This document shows, piece by piece, positions 37,501 to 49,269 of a stretch of 64,000 nucleotides of DNA. The DNA comes from Ostrea edulis (Eukaryota), in contig NC_079165.1 in the NCBI RefSeq assembly GCF_947568905.1, forward strand, positions 102,114,001-102,178,000, read 5' to 3'. A program made the translations under genes and the position numbers. Numbering within the stretch: the first letter of the stretch is position 1; each line of letters starts with the position of its first letter. Below the pieces are notes generated by a model. The model was not told the origin of the DNA. It made no database searches and worked only from the letters and a program-made list of their open reading frames with translations.

Positions 37501-40500
37501 CTGCAGGTACACGTATGAAAGAGAAGCAGTATTATCTGTTTACTTCAGCATGTCAGTTCAACACAATGAATTTGCAGGAAAATGATACACACAGAAAATA
37601 ATGCTAATATAAATATCTAAGTGTGGACTTATTTTGCAGTCATCCCTTGATAAAGAAAGTTCACTCCTTACAGCAAAGTAATCCGGAACTTGGGAGACTG
37701 GTGATTGAGCAGGTAAGGGAAAAGTTACCTTTATTAATGGTCTGCTGATGTTCTGATTCCACATTTAAATTCAGTAGTTCTCTATAGAGTATGCAAAACT
37801 TCAGATAATTATCATTAAGGACTAATTTAGATAAAATTCTAACCATTTCAATCTAATTTTCCGTACCCCTCCCCCCCCCCCCCCCCCCTCCCATAAGAAA
37901 TGTCCCTGTTAATGAAAAACATTCCTATTTTGACTTTCAAAAAATATAAGGGATAAAACTACAAATTAGAATGTTTTTGAGTGTTACTTGTGTTACCTAC
38001 AATCTTAGTGGTTCAAGCCTCAAGTGAAATTAAGACTTTTTCCTTATTGACCCCCAGCAGGGTACTTTCCTGTTCCCAGCAAGGAAGCATATCCTCATCT
38101 GATTGACAAGTTATATTGAATTAATCTCTGATAATATTCACTGCCAGGAAATGTTTTTTATCAATGAGAAATTCATACACATGCATAGTACACAACACAA
38201 CCCACAATGCTTTATCATAGTTGTACATGTGTGTACATATGTTTGTTCAATTTTGGACGAGTTCAAGGTGTTAATTTAAGAAATCTATGGTTTGTAGAAA
38301 AATAACAGGAAGAAAAAGACAGTCAATATATATTTGTAATATCCCACATTTTTTCTGAACTAGCTTGAAATGACAGGTACTACCAAATGTGGCAAAACTG
38401 TTTTCATAACTGTCCTGAAAAATAGTGTTTTTACAGTTGTTTACTATATGTTAGTGATCAGAATGACAAGAAAATTAGTGACTTCTGATTGGGCGGTAAA
38501 AATTAGACTTGCTAAGTCCGAAAAAAGCTGCATCCCAAATTGGTTGTCCTGAAAAGTGTTGTCATCTTGAAAGTTACAGAGGAGGTGTAGTATTTTATGG
38601 CTGTTTGAAAGCCCTGCATGGAAGGTTTTGGAATTCTATAGTAGTTACTGTGTCTCTGACCATCTTCAGTATTTTAAAACTTGCTGAGTGTATATTCAGT
38701 ACTATAGTAGACAATGATCAGAGAAAAATCGCTTATATGTTTTTAAGTCCATACATGCCAACTTTTAAAAATCCCCATGGGGGATTTTGCGCGCGACGAC
38801 CTTTTTTCAAAGCTCAAAATTCACGTCATTTTAGCATGAAAATAAATATTTGTCTTTTCAAATAAAATATCAATCAAATCATTGTAAATGTATCATATAT
38901 TAACACAACATCAAGTGTGTTTGACCATTAACTATATAAAAAAAAAACTTTGAAAGATATACATAAATATTTTTATTAAAATCATCTAATCAGCAAAATT
39001 TTTTTCCAATAAGTCACATAAATATCAAATAATACTTAAGGTTGCATCATTTTACACCATACAATAAACATTGGCTGGTCTATATATCAAAATTTAAATT
39101 AAAGCACATGCATTTAGGTACGACTACAAAGACGATCTTGTTTGTCTGTAAAAATGGGCTTGCAGAGTCTGGTGGAATAATCAGCATTGCAACCAGAAAA
39201 GGAGTGATCTGCCCTGCTATGAAGTTTGTGAACAAAACCTTTGCACCCATGACATCTGAAATAATTACCAGGAAAAAAACACATTAAAATATACGATTTT
39301 ACTTGTAAATTAAGGCTACTTGCTAAATATAAAATTCAGTACAGACTTGTGCGAGTTACGCATCACAAAGTATATTTAATGAATACTATACTATATAGAT
39401 TATATAATACATCGCTATAGACGGATAGATTTGGATAGCCTATATTATCATAGTTGGAAAAAATATATATTTGACGTACCTTATTGCAAATTTTGGATGC
39501 TGTCAGCGAGAGGCAAAAATTGAGAATGTCCGATTGTTTGGTGGTGACACTATCATCGTTGTCATTCACGTTTGTGTAAAGGATATGTCAATTTGAAATC
39601 TGTCTTCCCGATTAATTACTATCAAAACATGCTTCGCACTGTCCAATAAACACCCCGACAGAAGCAGACCAACCCGACACCATACGACACAGGTAAACAG
39701 CAATGGCTGACTATTGTCCCGATTTCTGATTGGCCAGTTCAGAAATGACGCGGGATTTCAAATTCCGGTTGGAAATGGGGGTTTGTTGTCGTAAAATGGG
39801 AGATATTTTTAGAAAATCGGAATTTCGGGGTATTTCTGCAATCCCGATCGAGATATTGGGATTTGTCTTTTCAGTTGCTTCAAATCGGGAGAATCCCGCA
39901 CAAATCGGGAAAGTTGGCATGTATGTAAGTCTTAAGGTTAAAAGTCAAGGTCATATTCAGATACTCGGTACTTGATGTTGGATTGTGTGATGCAAGAAGT
40001 TTATAAGTACATGTATTTCTAAACAGTGGTTTGAAGAAGACAGCTTTATATTTTGAAGCCTGAAGGTCAAAGCCAAGGTCATAATTAGAATATTGAATGT
40101 GGGATTGTGTTACTATATCTTGAATATTTTTCAATCAATAGACTTCTTATTCTGACAGTACTTAAGTGGACAATGGTCAGAGATATACATCTATACAATT
40201 TGAAATCAATTGCCAATATCACAAGAAGTAAATTACTTTGGGATTGTATGGCAGACTAACTCAAGAATTATACAATCCACAAACTTACTATTTGGTGCAG
40301 TGTAGATGATGATTTTATAGTTTTAAAAACCTATGAATTTTAAGCCTTAAGGTCAAAGTAGCACATCATTGAGCTAAGTTTGCATTAACTTTGTTCTAGT
40401 TCTGCACTTGGCTGGTACTAGGGAAGTATTCCTATATTTTCTATGATGTTCAAAAATTGTAATATATTTCCCCTCCCCATGCATCTCTATACAGTATAAA

Positions 40501-42648
40501 GTTTTTCCACAGTATTGGACATACACTGGTAAATGAGAAATCATGATTAAAATTAAATTCCATGCAGTGAAATTTATTCATTTTACATGACGCATACACA
40601 TAAATCTAAAATCCATTTCCATTATTTTAAAAAAAGGTTATTTGTAGTAAGTTAACTGTAAAAAAAAAAAAAAAAAAAAAAGCCTTAAAAAATTATGCAG
40701 TCATTAAAAAATCATTCTCTCTACTCTTGGAAGTCTAGCAAACAAACTGTGCACTGTGATGACACAGAAGAAGGCCTATTTGGAAACTGTGAACTGTCAG
40801 GTGTTTTTGTTCAAGGATGGGACCCTTATGGTGAAAATTCATGATTTCTTATAAGAATGTCTTGACATTGAACAATCAGAATGAGTCCATACAGTGTGGA
40901 GTTAATTTCCCCTGGGTAGGTGCTCTGGTGGTAAGGTGGGGATAATAGTGAAAATGTATCATTTCTTTAAAAATCCTCTTGACATGTCAAACAGAGGCAA
41001 AATGATATTGAGAAGAAAAGCCTCTATCAAAATTATGAAATTTATGGCTCTTGGATTCCAAAATTAAGGCTTGTGTTGTGAAAATACATATTTCTTTTTA
41101 AGTATTGAAGTTCATGCTAGGCATAAATTAAAGGTTGATTATGAGTTTGAAAGATGGTCTTATTGCTCCAACAGCATGCAACTTTTGTCATGTGATGTTC
41201 AGTTGTATGTTAAAGCTCATGAGCATGGACCTCTTGTACAAACAAACCACAGAAACTTATACCTGTAGAAAAACTAGTGATACAATGTCTTACAATGTCT
41301 AATGTAAGTGATACAATGTCTTACCTGATCATTTGCCCACATGTGTGTACATTGGTTCACACCTGTATATAAGATTTAAGTCTTACCTTTTACTGCTCAC
41401 TTGAACACCAAGTGAACTTTTCTGATTACCCGTTCTCCCTAGTTTGTAAACTTTTAATAATACACATTTTCTCAATTTTTTCTCTAGAACAAGGGGGCCA
41501 ATTTCAACTAAACCCTATACAGAGCATCTTGTATGTTGAAATGAAGGGTTATGCCCCATTTGAAGGGGAAATAAACAAGAAAGGTAAAAATATTGTGGAC
41601 CCTTTAAAACTGGTTTCATGAACCACTGGGCTAGAAAAAATGAAAGTTATGTGAAACCTTTCTGACATAATGTAGGTTCTATATTGTTAAAAAAATCGAG
41701 GCCCCAGGGTATATGATGGGGCCACAATAGGGAACTAAAGTTTTACATATGAATATTTTGAAAATAATTCAAAAATCATTTTCTCAAGAACACCAGGGCT
41801 TTGATCAGTCATATTAATATGCAAGCATCATCAGGTAGTACAGATTCCAGCAACATGGCCCAAGCGGGTAGGATAGGGTTCCAAAAGGGGATCAATTTTT
41901 TTCGAATGACAGTCTATGGGAAGTTATTTAAAAAAAATTATTAAAAACAGCAGGACCTTATATGATTAGTCATAAAAAACAAGAATACACGGGTAGTGCA
42001 GATTCAAGTTTGTTAAATCATGGTCCTTTTCTGGGGGGGGGGGGGATGCGCGAAGGATGGGACATAAAATATTTACATAAGAATTTATAGGAGAAAATGT
42101 TATTCTCAAGAGCAGAATTAACATACTGAAGTATTCTTTGGTATTGCAGAATCAAGTTGGTTTATATCATTTCTCTCTGGTTAGGGCCACAATACAGATT
42201 AAGGGAAAATGTGTTGTGTAAATCTTTTCAAAGAACATCAGTGCCATGATTAGTGTGTAATCATCCTCAGGTAGTGTAGATTCAAGTTTGTTTGAATCAT
42301 GGTCCTGGGAGTAGGGTGGGGATCAAAATAGAATCTTTAGAAATATTCTTCTCAAAAACCACTTCCATGATTAGTCATATTTATATGCAAGCATGCAGAT
42401 TCATATTTAATCAAATCATGGCCCTAGGGGTTAAGGTGGAACTAAAATAGGCATTCAGAGGTTTACATGAAAATATGTAGGGAACTTTATAATATTCTTT
42501 TCAAGAGTAGCAGCACCACACTACATCAATATGCAAATATTCCTAATTTGTGTGGATCCAAGTTTTTTCTTTTCTAGTTATTGACCATTGGGGTAAGGGT
42601 GGGGCTAAAATCAGGGATATTGAGTGTATATTGTTTAAAGTCCCGCAG

Positions 42649-42684
<36 letters not shown>

Positions 42685-45600
42685 TGGTGAAGGACTGCAA
42701 AATTTAGGCATATGCTCAGCGCTTATGGCCTTTGAGCAGGGAGGGATCTTTATCTTGCCACACCTGCTGTGACACAGGAACTCATTTTTAGTGGTCTCAT
42801 CAGAGGGACCGCCCCATTTAGTTGCCTCTTACAACAAGCAAGGGGTACTGAGGACTTATTCTAACCCGGATTCCCAGGGGCTAAAATCAGGGATGAAATT
42901 TGACATAATACACGAATATAGGGAAAACAAAATTTAAAAAAAATCTTCTCCTGAACATCAAGGCCATGTTAGTAATTTAGAAATTGAAACATGCACAGGT
43001 TATGTGGATTGAAGTTTAATTATTGGTAAGTCATGATTCCTGGGAGCTATATATAGGTTGATTACTGGTAAGTCATGATTTCAGGGAGCTATATATAAGT
43101 TGATTACTGGTAAGTCATGATTCCAGGGAGCTATATATAGGTTGATTACTGGTAAGTCATGATTTCAGGGAGCTATATATAGGTTGATTACTGGTAAGTC
43201 ATGATTCCAGGGAGCTATATATAGGTTGATTACTGGTAAGTCATGATTTCAGGGATCTATATATAGGTTGATTACTGGTAAGTCATGATTTCAGGGAGCT
43301 ATATATAGGTTGATTACTGGTAAGTCATGATTCCTGGGAGCTATATATAGGTTGATTACTGGTAAGTCATGATTCCTGGGAGCTATGTATAGGTTGATTA
43401 CTGGTAAGTCATGATTTCAGGGAGCTATGTATAGGTTGATTACTGGTAAGTCATGATTTCAGGGAGCTATATATAGGTTGATTACTGGTAAGTCATGATT
43501 CCTGGGAGCTATATATAGGTTGATTACTGGTAAGTCATAATTTCAGGGAGCTATATATAGGTTGATTACTGGTAAGTCATGATTTCAGGGAGCTATATAT
43601 AGGTTGATTACTGGTAAGTCATGATTCCAGGGAGCTATATATAGGTTGATTACTGGTAAGTCATGATTTCAGGGAGCTATATATAGGTTGATTACCGGTA
43701 AGTCATGATTCCAGGGAGCTATATATAGGTTGATTACCGGTAAGTCATGATTTCAGGGAGCTATATATAGGTTGATTACCGGTAAGTCATGATTTCAGGG
43801 AGCTATATATAGGTTGGGGTCATAAACGGGGTAAATTTTTATCGTTGGAATGTAGAGGGTAAAAATTCTTTTTAAAATCTTCCAAGGTGACTTAGCTGAG
43901 CATTCTGGTCCATAAGCCTCTTGTTTCCCAAGCTTCAGGAATACTACTTCTCATCTAGATCTTGGTATCTGTTGATTATAATAAAGAATAAGTGTAGAAA
44001 ATTAAGGTTCCTGGAAGGGTGACAATACATGTATGTCTATTCTTATAAAGTACAGTGTAGAGATAAATTACTGAGAACAAGTTTGCATGAAAGAAAAGTA
44101 CATGTAGCTATCGAACCGCTGTTTGTTCCTTAATACTATCGAAGACAAGGTTGTCTCCTTGACCTCAACATGGTGCTCTTTCAATTCATTCTGCTTGTCA
44201 TTAAGAGGTAGCATTTTGTTTTTCTATCTTTTAAATCTAGCTTGCTGAGTTTTGAGAACACATGTTCTAATTTGTGACATATCAGTTTTAGTGTCTCTGC
44301 ATTCGGGTTTTGCTATGGGTGCGATGTAACCAGCACATTGACTCTGAGGGGGCTGAGGGTTATATATAGGTGCACTGGAAAAGAATAGTTTACATATCCA
44401 GGATTAAAACCAGGATTGCAGAGATTGTTGATCATTTGTGACTCCATTGTGCTGTAATTTCAAGGGTTGTACTCACATATACTTATTTCTTGCTTTCACC
44501 ATTGTTTTTCCTCTTCTCTCACTCTTTTTTTAATATTACCACTCCATGACTATGTAGCACAATTTGACTCTATCTTCAGGAAACAGGAAAAAATCATTAC
44601 AGAGACTGATTTTAAACAGCATCTATTCTTCTTAACTGCATTTCGTATCTGATTTTAACATATACAGTGGCATTTGCATGAATATTGCTTGACACAAAAT
44701 GGGATACCTATTGATTTATAAGAATAAATGTGAAGAGTAAAGGCAATTGAAGGGAAGATCCTGAATATTGTTTGTGTACAAGAGACATTGATGATCTAAA
44801 TTCAATGACACTTGAATGGATACTACCTTGCTCAATTTCTATTGATTTTCAAGCTTATGTGTGTAGGGTCAAGTTCATTGTAGGGAACAATTCTAAAGGA
44901 ACTGGTGTACAAGATGGACTAATTTTTTAAAATGGATTTTAATGACTCTATAGCTTTTTATTTTTGAAAATAAAAAAAAATCAAAGAGCAAGCTCATAGA
45001 GGAAAATTCACAGATGTTGTCTGTATGCAAGATTTAACTGATATTTCTTGTTGATTTTTTAAATGAAGCTACCTTGGATAAACATCTTGGTTCTTATAAG
45101 TTTTTAATGTTGAATATTCAAAGTTGAAGTTAGTATTGTGAAATTTTTGACATACCCATAGTGCAAAAAGGTGCTCCAGTTTGTAGTACCTGTAATCAAA
45201 ATTCCAAGGTGATCAAGGTGGCTACTCATATACAAAATTTGTCTTCTCCAGAGGAGCTTCATGTTAAGGCACCAAGCTTGCCAAAATTGGTTTGCTACTG
45301 AAGTAGTTGAAGGTTAGGTCAAAGTTAACATCCTCTCAAGAACGACTGCATGCAATGTTTCCAATGATGGTAAAGGTCCCGAAGATGTGTTGCAGCTAAT
45401 AAGGACAGTGTTTTAATTTCCAAAATAGATAATAAACATCCAATCATTGAAAATTCAATGTTAATTTCACAATTTTTACATTTTATACATGCTGTCAATG
45501 GGTGATAGGGTGGAAGGGGAGTCACTATTTGAGGTGGTGGATCCAAAGGAAGTAAGGTAGTAGAATTTTTTGTCTTATTGAAAAGGATGAAGAAAACTTC

Positions 45601-47734
45601 AAACATCATCAATGTAACCTCACAGAATCAACATTTGGATGGTAGACCTATGGAAATGAGATTTTCTACCATCTTGGGCATTGTATGCCAAAAACATTTT
45701 GTTGACATATATAGATTTTATCCATATCATGTACGCTGCATAAAATACCAGAAGATTCAATCTAATCATGTCAAGAATTCCCTCTAGTGTTTGTTTTGAA
45801 AAAGTTTGTTCTCCTGATCCCTTAGCTACTGGTAATATAGTGGTATATTTATGTGTGGTGGTCAGCTGGGTTCGATTGTTGGTGGCCAGATAGTTCAGTT
45901 GGTAGAGCATCTGATTAGAGATTCAGGGGGCCTGGGTTCATTCCTGGTCTGGTCTGTTGCATTTTCTCCCTTCCTAGTATTACATCTGGTGCCATAGATC
46001 AGCCCCTGGAACTGACAGGTGAAAATGCCTGCCAGGGGATAAAGATCTACATGGTTTGATGTCTTCAAGTGTGAAGACATTTAAGGAGGGAGGAATGTAG
46101 CAGTCAGCTGGGTTTGATCACTGTTGGCTAGAGCACCTGACTAGAGATTCAGGGGGCCCAGATTTGAATCTCAGTCTGCTCCATTGCATTTTCTCCCTTC
46201 CTGTTAAATGTGTAAGTGTATAAGACTATTTTCAATTTTGAAAAAAAGACCATGTATTTTGTATTTTTTTGCTTTTCTGCAAACTCTGCTCTTTACTGTG
46301 TTATGTTTTATTTCAATTTCTTTTTAAAAACTTAAAGTTTGAGTCTTCCTTTATTCAATTACATATTAGGGTAAGTTCAAGGTTCGAGACGATTAGGTCT
46401 CTAAGTAGGGGTGAATCAATATATCGATATATCAAGGCGATTAGGTCTCTAAGTAGGGGTGAATCAATATATCGATACATAGAAATGTACCGGTATACAC
46501 CTGTCCAACGATATACGATACGGTGTTTCGACGATACGATATAATGTCGGGTTTAAAAATAGCCCTTTTAATAGTTGGGATCGAAGTTCATAATTTAAAA
46601 ATGGCTTTTAACAGGAACACGATTCCTGACTTTAATAACCGCTTTTACATTGTGACATTGGAGATTCCTCAGACTTTAATACCCGCTTTTACATTGTGAC
46701 ATCAGAGATTCCTCAGACTTTAATACCCGCTATTACATTGTGACATTGGAGATTCCTCAGACTTTAATACCCGCTATTACATTGTGACACATCGGAGATT
46801 CCTCAGACTTTAAAACCCGCTTTTACATTGTGACATCAGAGATTTCTCAAGACTTTAATCCTCGCTTTTACATTGTGACATCAGATATTCCTCAGACTTT
46901 AATACCCGCTTTTACATTGTGACATCAAAGATTTCTCAGACTTTAATCCCCGCTTTTACAGTGTGACATTGGAGTTTCCTCAGACTTTAATTGTCATTGT
47001 TTGTTTTGTTTGAAATAAAAGATATTAAAAACCACTTCATTTTAAATTTTGATATTTTGCTTCAGAAAATGCTTAACTACATTGTATATCCAATATATCG
47101 GATATCACATCTGACAGAAAATATTGTATCGTATCGTATCAGAAAATCTTGAGCAATACACACCCCTATCTCTAAGACAAGCAGACGAATGCTTTGGGGC
47201 ATTTTGGTTGATTTGTACACATACAAATTTTTATAAACATATCACATCAACAAAGATCTGTCCACATTTCCAAACATTTTTTTTAATATGCATGAAATTA
47301 TAACAGTAACATCATACCATAGAGTTCTGTTAACATCACATGATCACACCAAATGTAAACTGCAGGTACACCTAACTAACGCATCACTGAAAATGTCCCA
47401 GCAATTCTGTACACTGGGAGATATACTGTAGATGGAAAAGTCATCAATACACGCTAGACTAATCTGTTATACAATAGTGTTGACAAGCTCATACTTCAAC
47501 TCCCTGTATTAGTTATCAGACAGGTCATTTACATCAGTCCATCTGATACGTGCATTTTGTGAGATAGCAATTATCAGATATGTTCTTGAATAAAAATAGT
47601 AGCTATTTCATGTAAATTAAAGCATATGTCCTGGGTGTTAAGATACGATTATGAAATGCTTTTTTAGCTCACCTGAACCAAAGGTTCAAGTGAGCTTTTC
47701 TGATCACATTTTGTCCGTCGTCCGCCTGTCTTAT

Positions 47735-47766
<32 letters not shown>

Positions 47767-47768
47767 GA

Positions 47769-47811
<43 letters not shown>

Positions 47812-49235
47812 CAAAAGCATCCTTGGGTGAAGGGCTTTCTAAGTTTGTTCAAATGAAGGGCCATGTCCCTTTCAAAGGGGAGATAATCACAAAAATGCAA
47901 AAATAGGGTGGGGTCATTTAAAAATCAAGAATTACTGGGCCAGAAGAGCTGAAATTTACCTGAAAGCTTCCTGACATATTGCAGATTCAAGTTTGTTCAA
48001 ATCATGGCCCCTGGGGGTAGGATGGGGCCGTAAGGGGGGATTAAAGTTTTACATACAAATATATAAGAAAAATCTTTAAAAATCTTCTTCTCAAGAACCA
48101 CAGAGCCAGAAAAGCTGAGATTTACATGAAAGCTTCCTGACATAATGCAGATTCAAGTGATGGGGCCACAAGTGGGGGGGGGGGGGGGGAATCAAAGTTT
48201 TACATACAAATATATAGTTAAAATCTTTTTCTCAATAACCACTGAGTCAGAAAAGCTGATATTTACAAGAAAACTTTCTGACACAGTGCAGATTCAAGTT
48301 TGTTCAAATCATGGCCCCTCGGGGGTGGGGGTAGGGGGGCCACAAGTGGGGGGGGGGGGGGGGGGGGGGGTCAAAGTTTTACATACAAATATAAGGAAAA
48401 TCTTTAAAAAATCTTCTTCTCAAGAACCATTGGGCCAAAGAAGTTGACATTTACATGAAAGCTTTCTGACGTAGTGTAGATTCAAGTTTGCAAAAATCAT
48501 GGCCTCCAGGGGTAGTTGGGGCCATAATAGGGACTAAGGTTTTACATGCAAATATATATGGAAAGTCTTCAGATATGGGCCAAGGTGACTCAAGTGAGAG
48601 ATGTGGCCCATGGGCCTCTTGTTATTTTATTCTTTTTATTATCTATAGATGATATGAATATTTGAGCATTTAAAAGGTTTTTTTATTCTAATTCTAATGT
48701 GCTGCTAATAAACAATGGTGTGGAAACAAAACACATAATGAGTTGTTGTCTGTACATTGTTGCATATTGTTTGGACAACATTCTTTTAAACATATGATTT
48801 TTTAAAAAGTTCTTGGTAATAAATATTCCATTCAGTATAACTTGAACAAGTTTGGAATTGTCATGGAATGGCCCTGGCTGTTTTCTTCAACATAATTGTT
48901 TGAATTATCATTATGATCTCAACATTTTTGTTGTGGCATTTTGTTGTTATAACATGATGCTTATTTGGCAAATATTACACACAATTTTGTTTAGTGGTAG
49001 TGAATTTTTCATATCAAAATGTGTTTCTTGGTGTCTTCTTCATTGTTGGAGTTAACTTTTCACATAGGTAACTTCTATTAAAAAAATGATGGGTCAATTT
49101 CACTTAAACTTGGCCCAAAGTATCCTAAAGTGGTGAAGAGAATTCAAGTTTCTTGAAATGAAGACACGCTCTTTTCAAAGAGGAGATAATGAGAATTAAG
49201 CATTAATTACATTGTAAGAATCTTCTCAAAAACCT

Positions 49236-49269
<34 letters not shown>

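Larger units (their letters stand above)
41385..43925 (+). mobile_element. Degenerate Helitron/HINE-type element with Cg170-like monomers, interrupted by a SINE and a 42-bp array
   Basis: The 5' end resembles 47661 (gctcacttga..caagtgaacttttctgat) and the 3' end is gtgacttagctgagc...gcctcttgtt. Internal gattcaagtttgtt.aatcatggtcc monomers. Confidence 0.65.

Noticed and set aside
45160-45612. Possible LTR-retrotransposon integrase remnant
   Set aside because: Only a vague resemblance; no convincing HHCC or DDE motif could be read.
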